A stretch of 64,000 nt of DNA from NCBI GenBank assembly GCA_963749565.1, contig CAVVNL010000003.1, positions 59,387-123,386 of the forward strand, in the 5' to 3' direction. The translations under genes and the position numbers were made by a program. This stretch comes from an uncultured Acidobacteriota bacterium. GTDB lineage: Bacteria > Acidobacteriota > Vicinamibacteria > Vicinamibacterales > CAVVIG01. The notes beneath the pieces were generated by a model. The model was not told the origin of the DNA. It saw only the letters and a list, made by a program, of their open reading frames with translations, and made no database searches. Of this stretch, positions 12,304 to 22,760 are shown piece by piece (position 1 is the first letter of the stretch; each line of letters begins with the position of its first letter).

Positions 12304-14034
12304 TCAGGGCAACGCGAAGACGTACAGCGCGTTGTAGCGGCGCGTCGGCTGCAGCTTCGCCTGCGTAATCAGGCCGCCGGTCATCAATCCTTCTCCCGTC
12401 AGCACCGCGATGTACTGTTTACCGTTCACTGCGTACGTGATCGTGCTGTTCTGAATGGTTCCGCCGAGCGTCGTCTCCCAGACCATCTCCCCGCTCTGGG
12501 CATGGAAGGCTCTGAACTTCTGATCGAGATCGCCCCAGAAGATCAGATCGCCGGCCGTCGCCAGCACCGCGCCATTGCCGGGAGCGCGTCCCTTGTAGAT
12601 GTGCTGGATCTGGCCGGTCGCCACGTTGATCTTCGCGAGGCCGGCGAACTCCTCCGGCTTCGATCCGGGGCGCGGAATGCCGTCGCGACGCTCTGCGATC
12701 GCCGGCTGCCCGTCCGATGCGGGAGCCGCCGCCGTCATGTCGAGGCAGTTGTCCGTGTACGGCACGAAGAGCGAGTTGACGCCAGGATGGTACGCCATCG
12801 GCCAGTAGCTCTTCGTGTTCCAGAAGCACACCGTCCGCCGCTTGCCGGGCGCGTCGACGAGCACGCTCTCGTTGATATACGTCTTTCCTGTCTTCACGTC
12901 GATCTTCGAGATGAGGAACTCGGGCGTGTCGTAGGGGAACGGATTCGCCCACAGGAACTGGCCGGTCGTTCGATCGAGCGCCCAGATGCCGCCGCCCTCG
13001 CCGACCGTCAACGCGATGTCACGCTGCTCGCCCCGGGGAATGTCGGGATTGATCCACTTGACGAACTTCGGATCGGGGCTGACCGCGGTCCGGACCAGCA
13101 CGCGTTCGTTCGTGTAGTCCAGGTCCCAGTCGTCGCCAGGCAGATGCTGGTAGTACCAGACCAGCTTCCCGGTATCGGGATTGAGCGCCACGGTCGAATT
13201 GCTGTAGAGATCCGCGGGCGACGAGAGCCCCACCGCCCGCGCGTCGCCGCCGTGGCGGGCCGCCCGGGTATTCGGCATCGGGTTGGCGACCCCCCAGAAA
13301 ATCAGCCGCCGCACCGGATCGTACCCGCCCGCCAATCCCCACGGTGAGGCCAGCCGTCCTCCGGGAGGCGACCCTCCCCATGTTTCGTCCCCCGGCTCGC
13401 CGGCCGCCGGCACGGTGTAGAAGCGCCACGCCTCTTTTCCAGTTCTGGCATCGTGCGCCGAGATGTAACAGTTGTCGCGCTCGGTTCCACAGGCGCGCCC
13501 GGATAACACCTTGCCGTCGGCGACAATCACACCAGAGGTGAGATTTCCGCTCGACTTCGTTTCCCATTTCACCGCACCGGTGCGCGCGTCGAGCGCAACG
13601 AAAAAGCCGTCCGGCGACGCGTAGAAGACCATGTCCTCGTAGATAGCGATCGCCTTCGTCCTGCTGGCGCCCGTCGGCCGCTTGTGCTCCCAGATCGTCG
13701 CGCCGGTTGTCGCATCGACCGCCAGAACGCTGGCGCCAGGAGCCGCAAGATACAGCACGCCCTGGTGCACAATCGGAATGCTCTCCTGGTTACCCGTCCC
13801 CAGTTCCTTCTTGAACACCTCGCGAAGCTGCCCGACGTTCTGCCGGGTGATCTGCTTCAGCGGGCTGAAGCGCTGCGCGTCGTAGGTCCGGCTGTACATC
13901 AGCCAGTCGTCCGCGCTCGGATTCGCCAGCATCTCTTGCGTCACGGGGGTGAAGTTCTGGACGTTGTTCTGTGCGACCGACGCCGACGAAAGCGCCAGCA
14001 GAGCAACCGACGTCACGAGGAACAGATGGCGCAT
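12304..14034 (-). CDS. Secreted PQQ-dependent dehydrogenase (beta-propeller)
   Basis: ATG at 14034 with AGGAGA RBS and signal peptide; DWLMYSRTYDAQRFSPLKQI, LYSNSTVALNPDTGKLVWYYQ, DDWDLD, LATAGDLIF and ITYAVNGKQYIAV. Confidence 0.92.
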   Translation of the reverse strand: MRHLFLVTSVALLALSSASVAQNNVQNFTPVTQEMLANPSADDWLMYSRTYDAQRFSPLKQITRQNVGQLREVFKKELGTGNQESIPIVHQGVLYLAAPGASVLAVDATTGATIWEHKRPTGASRTKAIAIYEDMVFYASPDGFFVALDARTGAVKWETKSSGNLTSGVIVADGKVLSGRACGTERDNCYISAHDARTGKEAWRFYTVPAAGEPGDETWGGSPPGGRLASPWGLAGGYDPVRRLIFWGVANPMPNTRAARHGGDARAVGLSSPADLYSNSTVALNPDTGKLVWYYQHLPGDDWDLDYTNERVLVRTAVSPDPKFVKWINPDIPRGEQRDIALTVGEGGGIWALDRTTGQFLWANPFPYDTPEFLISKIDVKTGKTYINESVLVDAPGKRRTVCFWNTKSYWPMAYHPGVNSLFVPYTDNCLDMTAAAPASDGQPAIAERRDGIPRPGSKPEEFAGLAKINVATGQIQHIYKGRAPGNGAVLATAGDLIFWGDLDQKFRAFHAQSGEMVWETTLGGTIQNSTITYAVNGKQYIAVLTGEGLMTGGLITQAKLQPTRRYNALYVFALP

Positions 14035-14055
14035 TGTCCTTCTCCTGGGTTTCTT

Positions 14056-14299
14056 CATTGCTTTGACGGCGCGACGAAGGGTCCTGCTCGGGCTTGCCTT
14101 GCGTGTTGGCCAGCGGACCGAGCTCCGCGGCCACGCCGCGCGCGATGGCGGCCGTCTCGCTGCCGGCCTGGAAACTGGGATTCTGGCGATTTCGTCGGCG
14201 TTCTTGAGGCCCTCGAGCGTCTCAATCATCACGACCAGCACCACGTTGTCGTTCGCCGTGTTGCGGTACCCGCCCGGCACGCCGCCCCACATCGCCGCG
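14056..14299 (-). pseudogene. Remnant of an HpcH/HpaI-type aldolase gene (5' and internal deletion)
   Basis: YRNTANDNVVLVVMIETLEGLKNADEIARIP is the aldolase core motif; it jumps into a different-frame tail FQAGSETAAIARGVAAELGPLANTQGKP and has no N-terminus. Confidence 0.6.
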
Positions 14300-14306
14300 T
14301 AGCCAG

Positions 14307-14338
14307 GAAGGCCCGCCCTCTTGTGAGAGCGGGCCTTC
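14307..14338. terminator. GC-rich hairpin downstream of the TonB receptor gene
   Basis: GAAGGCCCGC..GCGGGCCTTC 10-bp stem; no clear U-tract. Confidence 0.4.
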
Positions 14339-14396
14339 AGGAGAGGCGCACGAGAGATCCGAATCTACCGGCGCATCGACTTCGGTTTTTGTCGCA

Positions 14397-17300
14397 TCAG
14401 AAATCGAACTGCGCGCTCACTTTGATGTAGCGCGGCTGCAGCACCGAGGTCGGCGTCAACCAGGTCGAGACCGCCTGGTTCGGAATGAACGTCTCGTTGT
14501 AGGTGAGCACAGGCGCCGCGTTCGTGATGTTGGAGATGTCGAACCCGACGTTGGTCCGCGTACGCCCGAATCTGAGAATCTTGGCCACACGGAGGTCGAT
14601 CTGGTTGACCCGATCGCCGAAGAACGTGCCCGGCTCGATGAGGTTGACCGTCACCGTCTGGCCCCCGACACCCGCGAAGGGCCGGTTCAGCCCCACCGTG
14701 GCCGAATTGGGCGCGGCCCAGTTCGCGTCCAACTCTCCTCCCTGGTCGCTCCTGAACGTCCCCGCCAGCTGCACCTCAATCTTCGGGATCATGTACGACC
14801 CGAAGCCGGTGAACCGCGTGACGTACCCGGTCGACGTGTCGCACCAGGGGTTGACCGGGTTCTGCGCACCGGCCACGGTCCATTCGGGCAGCTGGCTCCG
14901 AATCTCGCAGTAATCCGAATGGGTATTCGAGGTGTTGAAGCCGGCCTGCAGCGACAGTCCGCTCGCCGGCCGCGCGGTGACCTTGAAGTTGATCGAGTTG
15001 GCCACCTGCGTCTGGTCGCCGTAGGTGCTCGCGGTCGTGACGAAGTTGTTGGCGCCCTTGGCGGCCGCGTCTGCGGTCACGTTGTACAGGCCGCCGAACA
15101 CGTACCCGCCGCCATTCGGCAGCCGCGCATCCGTGGGCACGTTGAGGCCGAACTCCGTGTGGTCTTGCACACTCCGGTTGAGGCTGTCGCTGGCGTAGAA
15201 GTTCACGAGCCAGCGCCGCTGATAGCCGAACTCGACCGACACGCGAGGCAGCAGTTGCTGTTCGATCGCCATGCCCACCTGCCAGTCACCCGACCGGATC
15301 CCCCAGCCCGAGAACAACGCCGGGTCCTGCGTCGTGTCAAAGTTCGGCGTGCCAAATGCCTGGTTCGGCATTCGGGCCGCAAAAATCTCCGTTCTTGCTC
15401 CGCAGGTCCTGCTGCGCGGGATTCAACAGGTCGCAGTCGGCCACGAAGTCCTTGTCCTGATCCGTCCAGGCCCTGGTCGTCGTCGTCACCAGGCGTCCGA
15501 CCGGTCTCGAGTCGGTGAAGAGGCCGCCGTTCTGGGCGGCTTCGAGATACCGGCCCACATTCCCCTTGATCGCCGTTTTCCCGTTGCCGAAGACATCGAA
15601 CGCGATGCCGCCGCGTGGCGTGAGGTCGTGATAGCCCGTCACGCCCTCGGTGTGCGGGTAGACGACCGGATCCGGGAAGAACCGGACGGGGCCGACCTGC
15701 ACCTCCGGGAAATAGCTCCACGCGTGGTCGTACCGCAGCGCCCCCTGCAGCGTCATCCGGCCGCGCGTCCACTGATCCTGCGCGTAGAAGGAGTCGGCGC
15801 GGACGCGCCCGCCGAACGAATAATTGCCGATCGTCATGGTCATCTGATCCGGCACACCGTTGTTGAAGCGGTACTGCAGGTACTGGGAGTTCGTGAGGGC
15901 GTTATTCTGCTGATACAGGAACGCGCCCTGGTACCCGAACTTCAGGCTCTGCGCGCCCAGGACGTAGGTGGCGGCCGCCGCCCAGTTGACCGACATGTTG
16001 ATGTTCGAGGACCAGTTGCCCGACCGGTACGTCAAGCCCGGGATGTTGCCGTTGGCGAGGCAGCCTCCCGCACATTGCTCGACCACCCGAATCAAGTCGG
16101 TCGTGCTCGAGCCCGGCATCGGGATGCCGCCATACCGGCTCCAGTAGGCGCCGCCGCTGCTCTCGAGCAGCACGCGGTTCGTCACCGGCGAGGTCCACTT
16201 CACCTGCCGGACCCGCTGCCCGAACTGGCGATACGCGGCAGTTTCCGGCGCCAGCGTCGCGCTGGCGCGCGGCGTGGGCGCCGCCGTGCCGCCGGCAAAG
16301 TACTCGCCGTCGCCGGAGCTCCGGCACGTGGACACGTCCGACGCCACCTGGGGAGTCGCTCCTCCCTCACACGGCGCCTGCTCGTCCCAGAACACATTGA
16401 ACTTGTTCCGCGGCGTCGCCTGCACGGTCAGGCGCAGCGACAGGTTGAAATACGAGGCGGCGTGCACCGCGGGCCGGGACGTGTCCGCCACGTACGTCCA
16501 CTTGTTCGGATCGCCGGCGTTGGCATTGGCGAACATGCCGGGCACCGACCGATGACTGCCTTCATCGCGGATGCCGGCGAAGTACCAGAGGCGGTCTCGG
16601 ACGATCGGCCCGCCGATGCCGAGATTGAGGTCCCAGAGCTGCTGGAGCTCGCCCGGCGTGGTCAGGCCGCGGTCCTTCAATGACTGGGAATAGTTGCTGC
16701 CCACCATCCCCTCGCTCGTGGCGGCGGCATAAAATGAACCGGCGATCGTGTTGCCGCCCTCTTTCGGCACGATGTTCATCGTCGGGCCGCCGACTTCGGC
16801 TTCGCCGAGGCCGCCCGACGAGACCATCGAGATTTCCGCCGCGTTCCCGATGTCCGGGATGTACGCGGACACACCGGCGCCGTTGAACGCCGAGCCCACG
16901 CTCAAACCGTCGAGCTGGAGACGTCCCTCGTTGCCGCGGCCACCGGCGCCGCCGAACACCACCATGCCGGGAACCGTCTGCGCATCCGAGGCGGCACCGC
17001 CGGCGGCCACCGCGTTGGGCATCAGCGTCATCAGGCTGTTGTAGGCCCGCGAGGTCGGCAGCGCGCTGATCATGTCGTTGTTCATCACCGTCTGCAGCCG
17101 CACGCTCTGGACATCGACGATCGGCGTCTCACCGGTGACGGTGACCGTCTCTTCGAGCGTCCCGACTCGCATCTCGCCGTTCACCGTGGCGACGAAGGCC
17201 CCGGTCAGCTCGATGCCTTCGCGCTTGACGCTGCCGAACCCGGGCAGCGTGAACGTCACCGTGTAGGTGCCGGCGCGAAGGTTGACGATGCGGTATTGGC

Positions 17301-17487
17301 CGGCGCCATCAGCGACGGCGCTGCGGACTTTCTCGATCAGCACCGGGCTGGAGGCTTCGACGGTGACACCTGGGAGCACGGCTCCCGACGAATCCCTGAC
17401 GATACCGGTGATCGAGGCCTGAGCAAAGGCCGCGGACGGGAATACGACCAGCAGTACGACGATGCACGCCCCGAGCAGTCTCTTCAT
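14397..17487 (-). CDS. TonB-dependent receptor-like outer-membrane protein with N-terminal carboxypeptidase-regulatory-like domain (one frameshift at ~15367)
   Basis: ASITGIVRDSSGAVLPGVTVEA..LRAGTYTVTF, YAQDQWTRGRMTLQGALRYD and C-terminal AQFDF. ORFs 15337..17607 and 14397..15371 join if one base is removed at AAT GCC G AAC. Confidence 0.9.
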
Positions 17488-17629
17488 GAACTGACTCCTT
17501 CGTAGTCGTAACGTGATTGAGCTCCGGACGTCGCAAATCGACGCCGAAGTTTCAGTCGCTGTGCCTGAGTGATCCCCTTTCAGAAAGTCGCCGAGTGAAC
17601 GCCGCACGCACTTTCTGTCGTGTTATCGG

Positions 17630-18708
17630 CTACCCGGGGCAGACGTCGCCGAGGTAGCCGCCGCCGCCACAGTACTTCGTGTCCTGAAGCTGGATCGCCA
17701 GGCCGTCGGGATCGGTGAAGTACAGCTCGGGCGTGCCCGTGACGGGCGCCCCGCCCCGGTTCTCCATGCGGAGCGAGATATAGGTGACGAGCGCTCCATC
17801 CGACCGGGCTCCGGGCTTGATGCCGAAGCCGGTCAGCGTTTTCGTGACCGCCTCCGGGACGAAGCCGTCCATCCCCAGGCAGGCGTGATCGATGGTCGGA
17901 ACGGCCGGCGCACCGCCGCCGCGCCGCCCGTCTCCGGAGCACCGCCGCGCCCCGCCGCCGCCGCTCCACCGCCCGGTGCTGCCCCGCGGCCCCCGCCGCC
18001 GCCTCCGGTGAACATCAGGAAATGAACGCCCGGTCCGACGCCGTATGCGGGCGTCGTCGCCTGCATCGCCTGCACCGGCATGCCAAACACTGCCGGGTAG
18101 AACTGGGCGCTCGGAGCGGAGATCGTGAAGTGACTCATGTCCTTCACCGCCAGCAGCCCCTTGGTCGGCGCCGGCTCCGGCTGGCACATGTTGCCGAGGG
18201 GTCCGTTGCCCCCGCAGTAACTCACATCGTGCAGTTGGAACACGATGCCGGCCGGATCGCCCACGAACATCTCGCGCGTGTTGCCGCGCGTCATGACGCG
18301 GACCTTCATCGGTCCGCCGCTCGCACTCGTGGTGTTGGCGGGATCGGCGGGCGTCACGCCATGCTGCGCGAGAATCTTGAGGATGGTGTCGACGTCGAAC
18401 GGCTCGACCCCCATGCCGAAGCGGCTGATGCTCGGCCGCTCGCCAGGCCCCGCAGGCTCAATCGCGAGGAACCGGGGACCGGCGCCGATTCTCAGGTACG
18501 TCGTCGTCCCCTGCCGCGCCTGAACAGGCATGCCGAACAGCCCCTGGTAGAACTCGATTGAGCGCTTGGGATCCGACACCGTGAGGGTCAACTGGCTGAG
18601 TCCGTTCACACGTATCTGCGGCGGGCCCCCCTGTGCCATCAGGCGGTGGGCAGCGAGCACAGCCGGGAGGGATACCAGAAAGCCTCGACGATCGATCGGC
18701 ACGGTCAT
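17630..18708 (-). CDS. Tat-exported tandem VOC/glyoxalase-domain protein (frameshift at ~17935)
   Basis: DRRGFL Tat motif; LTLTVSDPKRSIEFYQGLFG..FVGDPAGIVFQL, then IDHACLG..ELYFTDPDGLAIQLQD in the next frame; the shift lies in a Gly-rich loop. Confidence 0.82.
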
Positions 18709-18845
18709 GAGCGGCCCTCTCGGAAGATCAGGAGTCTCCAGTCCCAATAGGGGTAAATCATCACCGTACCGTTTTCTCCCTTAATATGGAGCCGGTGGGG
18801 CAGACGCGCATAGAGTGGACTTCTCCAGTTGATTGACGCGGCGCG

Positions 18846-18894
18846 ATTGTACGGTCAAGCAGCGAGTGTGGGCGGCACAAAAAACCGTCAAAAA
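18846..18894 (-). promoter_or_regulatory. Conserved promoter element TTGACG-N4-TTTG plus TACAAT -10
   Basis: TTGACG at 18891-18886 and TACAAT at 18851-18846; same architecture at four other promoters. Confidence 0.6.
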
Positions 18895-18915
18895 CCTGCA
18901 CAATAGTCGGCCTCA

Positions 18916-20160
18916 ATGGAGTACTCCTTCGGCCCGTTCCTGCTCGACACCAGCGCGTCGCGTTTGGCGCGTGAGGGCGTCGAGATCCGGCTCAGGCTGC
19001 GGGCGTTCCACAGCCTGCGCGTGTTGCTGCAGCATCACAGCGAGTTCGTCGGCTACGAGGCGATGATGGCGGAGGCGTGGGAAGGCATTCATGTGTCGCG
19101 CCACACCATCGACGTGACACTCGCCGACGTCCGAAAATGTCTCGGCGAGTACGGCCGCTGGATCGTCCACCGCCCCAAGTTCGGGTATGCGCTCGAGGTG
19201 CCGCGATCCGACGAGCTCGTCCGTCAGGGATGGCATTTCTGGAGCCAGCGGACGCGCACCGGCTGTGAGCGCGCGATCGAGTGTTTCAAGCGCGCCATCG
19301 GGGAGAGTCCATCGGATTTCCGCGCGTTCGAGGGTCTCTCGGCCTCGTACCTGGCGCTGGCGATTTTTGGGATTCGGCCACCGCTCGAGGTGTATCCGCG
19401 CTTTCTCGAAGCGCACGAACAGGCGGCGATCCTCAGCGGCCTTCGCCCCGAGCTGCGCTGTAACCGCGCCTTTGGTCTGTGCGTATTCGAGCGGCGCCAC
19501 GCCGAGTCGGAGGCCGAGTTCCTGCGGGCGCTCGAGGAAAAACCTGCGCTGGGATCGACGTATGTGCGGCTCGGCATACTGTACGGCGCGCGTGGCCGGT
19601 TCGATGAGGCGCTCGACATTCTCGGCCGCGGCCGCCAGGCCGACCCGCTGCTGCCAACGCTCGCGGGCGCGGAAGTCCTGGTCCGTTGCTGGAAGCGCGA
19701 CTTCCAAGCGGCCGTTTCGGTAGGCAGCAAGTCCGTCGAGTTGCACCCGTACCTTCACATCGTGCGGGTCGATTACGCGCAGGCGCTCCAGTGTGCCGGA
19801 CGACTCGAGGACGCGCTCGCGCAGTATCAGGTGGCGTCGATCCTGTCGCTTGGCCTGCCGTGGCAGCGGGCGCTTGAAGGCGCGTGTCGAGCCAGGTTGG
19901 GCCAGGACGGCGACGCGCGCGCGATTTTGGAAGGTCTGGAGACCCTGCGCCGGTCGGAGTACGTGGACGCGTACCACATGGCAGTGTTTCGCCTGGCGCT
20001 CGGCGAGCGCGATCGAGCGCTCGACGAGCTCGAGCGTGCGTCGGCCGAGAACTCGGCGTGGATATACGCGATGGACGTCGATCCAAAGTTGGATCCGCTG
20101 CGCGGCGCCGCGCGGTTTCGCCGCCTCCAGAAGCGCGCTCGTGAATTTGCGATCCCATGA
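18916..20160 (+). CDS. Transcriptional regulator, OmpR/PhoB-type winged-helix plus TPR repeats
   Basis: YSFGPFLLD..L.R.G.EIRL..LRVLL..AW.GIHVS...IDV..ADVRKCLG....I.HRPKFGY, followed by TPR-like helices and the DPKLDPLR tail. Confidence 0.88.
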   Translation: MEYSFGPFLLDTSASRLAREGVEIRLRLRAFHSLRVLLQHHSEFVGYEAMMAEAWEGIHVSRHTIDVTLADVRKCLGEYGRWIVHRPKFGYALEVPRSDELVRQGWHFWSQRTRTGCERAIECFKRAIGESPSDFRAFEGLSASYLALAIFGIRPPLEVYPRFLEAHEQAAILSGLRPELRCNRAFGLCVFERRHAESEAEFLRALEEKPALGSTYVRLGILYGARGRFDEALDILGRGRQADPLLPTLAGAEVLVRCWKRDFQAAVSVGSKSVELHPYLHIVRVDYAQALQCAGRLEDALAQYQVASILSLGLPWQRALEGACRARLGQDGDARAILEGLETLRRSEYVDAYHMAVFRLALGERDRALDELERASAENSAWIYAMDVDPKLDPLRGAARFRRLQKRAREFAIP

Positions 20161-21881
20161 CGAGCTGCTTTTTCCTGGTCCGGCCGACGGCCCCGCAGGA
20201 CGTTTTCACGCCAGAGGACCTGCGCGAGGAGCACGTCGCGATCGTCCGGATGATCGACGAGTTCTGGACGCGGGATATCTCGCCGAATCTAGCGGCGATG
20301 CATCGCAAAGAGCCCGGCGTTCTGGCGAGACTGCTGCGGAAGGCCGTCGAGCTGGGGCTGCCGGGCATTTCCATTCCCGAGGCCTTTGGCGGAATGGAGC
20401 TGGACCTCGCGTCGGTGATGGTGGCAGAAGAGGCCCTGGCTCGCGATGCCTCGTACTCCGTGACCCTGGGCGGTCAGGCAGGGATTGGCGCATGGCCGAT
20501 CGTTTACTTCGGCAGCGACGACCAGAAGGGAAGGTATCTGCCTCGCCTCGCTGCCGCAGAGATGATCGCTGCGTACGCACTGTCGGAACCTCAAGCTGGA
20601 TCGGACGCCTTGGCGATTCGGACGCGTGCACAGCTCACGCCCGACAGCACGTGCTACATCCTGAACGGACAGAAGGCGTGGATCACGAACGGGGGCATCG
20701 CGGATCTCTTCATCGTCTTCGCCAAGGTCGAGGACACTCACTTCACGGCGTTCATCGTCGAGAGGGGTTTCGCGGGCGTGAGCACGGGCGCCGAAGAAGC
20801 GAAGATGGGACTCCACGGGAGCTCGACGACTCCGCTTTTCCTCGACAACGTAGCAGTCCCTGTCGCGAACGTCCTCGGTGAAGTGGGCCGCGGTCACGCG
20901 ATCGCGTTCAACGTCCTCAATCTCGGGCGGCTGAAGGTCGGTTCTTACGCGGTCGGCGCATCGAAGGATGTGCTGAGCACGTCCCTCAGGTACGCGAAAT
21001 CACGAGTGGCATTCGGTGGTCCGATCGGCGCTCTCGGCCTGATACGCCAGAAGCTCGCTGATATGGCGGTCCGGCTCTATGCCACGGAATCGATGGTCTG
21101 GCGGGTCGTCGGGCTGATCGAAGGAGCCTCAGCGACCACAAGGAACGGTGAACCAGGTCGGCTCGAAGCCGCCAGGGAGTTCGCGGCCGAGTGTGCGATG
21201 GTCAAAGTATATGCCTCGGAGGCGCTCGGGTATATCGTCGATGAGGGCGTGCAGATTCACGGCGGCTACGGGTACCACCGTGACTACCTGGTCGAGCGCG
21301 CCTACCGAGATGCACGTGTCTATCGGATATTCGAAGGAACCAACGAGATCAATCGGCTGCTCATCGGGAGGGCGCTGCTGAAGCGCGCCGCCTGCGGCGA
21401 ATCGGAGTTGATGTCGACGGTCCAGGAAATCAGACGAGGATCGACACCCGACGCTATTAGGGCGCGAGAGGATCGAGCCTCGAACGATCCGGTGACAGCA
21501 GGAAAGGAGCTGTTCCGGCTGGCGCTTGGCGCCGCCCTCGACGTCTACGGAAGTGGGCTGGAGAGAGAGCAGTCACTGCTGGCGACTCTTTCTGATATGG
21601 CGATAGACGTCTTTGCGATGGAATCGAGCAGCCTCCGGCACCAAAAACTCTCCCGATCGGATAGGGGCGCCAATGCCGCCGACATGACGAGTGTGCTCGT
21701 TCGCGAGTCTCTTCGCCATCTCGAGACCGCGGCCCTGACGATCCTGAGCGCATGCCCGGGGGTCGACCCGGCGTATCAGACAAAGGTTCGTCTGCTCGCG
21801 GCGCGCGAGATGGTCAACGTCGTCCGGTTGCAGCAGAGTATTGCCGGGCGACTCCTGACCGCCGAGCGGTTCGTCGTCTGA
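20157..21881 (+). CDS. Acyl-CoA dehydrogenase (long, FadE/AcdA type)
   Basis: AYALSEPQAGSDA, LNGQKAWITNG, KMGLHGSST, VQIHGGYGY and RIFEGTNEINR; ATGA overlap with the regulator. Confidence 0.95.
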   Translation: MTSCFFLVRPTAPQDVFTPEDLREEHVAIVRMIDEFWTRDISPNLAAMHRKEPGVLARLLRKAVELGLPGISIPEAFGGMELDLASVMVAEEALARDASYSVTLGGQAGIGAWPIVYFGSDDQKGRYLPRLAAAEMIAAYALSEPQAGSDALAIRTRAQLTPDSTCYILNGQKAWITNGGIADLFIVFAKVEDTHFTAFIVERGFAGVSTGAEEAKMGLHGSSTTPLFLDNVAVPVANVLGEVGRGHAIAFNVLNLGRLKVGSYAVGASKDVLSTSLRYAKSRVAFGGPIGALGLIRQKLADMAVRLYATESMVWRVVGLIEGASATTRNGEPGRLEAAREFAAECAMVKVYASEALGYIVDEGVQIHGGYGYHRDYLVERAYRDARVYRIFEGTNEINRLLIGRALLKRAACGESELMSTVQEIRRGSTPDAIRAREDRASNDPVTAGKELFRLALGAALDVYGSGLEREQSLLATLSDMAIDVFAMESSSLRHQKLSRSDRGANAADMTSVLVRESLRHLETAALTILSACPGVDPAYQTKVRLLAAREMVNVVRLQQSIAGRLLTAERFVV

Positions 21882-21899
21882 GTGCCTCCGCGACTTGCA

Positions 21900-22760
21900 C
21901 TACAGCCGGAACAGCCGCATCGCGTTTTCTTTCAAGATGAGCGGCCGCACCTCGTCGCGGATGCCGATCTTCTCGAAATCCGCCAGCCAGCGATCGGGCG
22001 TCAGCAACGGGTAGTCGGAGCCGAACAGCACCTTGTGCTTGAGAAGCGTATTCGCATACTGGACGAGCGTCGGCGAGAAGTACTTCGGCGACCAGCCCGA
22101 AAGATCAATGTACACCTGCGGCTTGTGCAAGCAGATGGAGATCGCCTCGTCCTGCCACGGGAAGGACGGATGCGCCATGACGATCGGCATGTCGGGGAAA
22201 TCGACCGCCACATCGTCGATCGGCATCGGATGGCCATACTTCAGCCTGACGCCGCCGCCGCCAGGCATGCCGGTCCCGATCCCGCTGTGCCCGGTGTGAA
22301 AGAGGACGGGAAGGCGCGCTTCCGCGAAGACTTCATAGAGCGGATACGCGACGCGATCGTTCGGAAAAAACTGCTGCAGCGGCGGATGAAGCTTCAAGCC
22401 CCGAACGCCGCCCCCCGCAACCAACCGCCGCGCCTCGCGCACCGCATCACCGCCTCGCGTCGGATCGAGGCTGACGAACGCCATCGCGATATCTGCGTTC
22501 TGCGCGGCGAACTCGATGACGGCGTCGTTTGAGACCTGGGGCCGTCCGGTGAGCTTCTCGTCGACCGTGAACACGACACAGCCAGTCTGGCGCGAGCGGT
22601 AGTAGTCGGCGAGCGTGTTCCAGTCGCGATCGCCGCCCGCGCCGAAGTACTTCGCGGCCGCCTCGTCGGCGTCCACGCGGCTGCCGGTGTGTTCGAGATG
22701 GACGTGGACGTCGATCGCCGACAATCGTTCGACGTCAAACCCGGTCGGAGTCGATCTCAT
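21900..22760 (-). CDS. couO: Amidohydrolase-2 family, 4-hydroxyphenyl-beta-ketoacyl-CoA hydrolase (CouO-like)
   Basis: AIDVHVH, GLKLHP, FHTGHSGIGTGMPGGGG.RLKY, AHPSFPWQDEA, DLSGWSPKYF and LFGSDYP; ATGA-coupled to fcs. Confidence 0.85.
   Translation of the reverse strand: MRSTPTGFDVERLSAIDVHVHLEHTGSRVDADEAAAKYFGAGGDRDWNTLADYYRSRQTGCVVFTVDEKLTGRPQVSNDAVIEFAAQNADIAMAFVSLDPTRGGDAVREARRLVAGGGVRGLKLHPPLQQFFPNDRVAYPLYEVFAEARLPVLFHTGHSGIGTGMPGGGGVRLKYGHPMPIDDVAVDFPDMPIVMAHPSFPWQDEAISICLHKPQVYIDLSGWSPKYFSPTLVQYANTLLKHKVLFGSDYPLLTPDRWLADFEKIGIRDEVRPLILKENAMRLFRL

Noticed and set aside
12304-14292. Apparent aldolase-PQQ dehydrogenase fusion (662-aa ORF)
   Set aside because: The PQQ gene has its own RBS and signal peptide at 14034; the extension is a deleted remnant that happens to be in frame.
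17490-17625. Riboswitch upstream of the TonB receptor
   Set aside because: Only an 8-bp inverted repeat (CAGAAAGT/ACTTTCTG); I recognised no cobalamin or TPP consensus. An Rfam scan would settle it.
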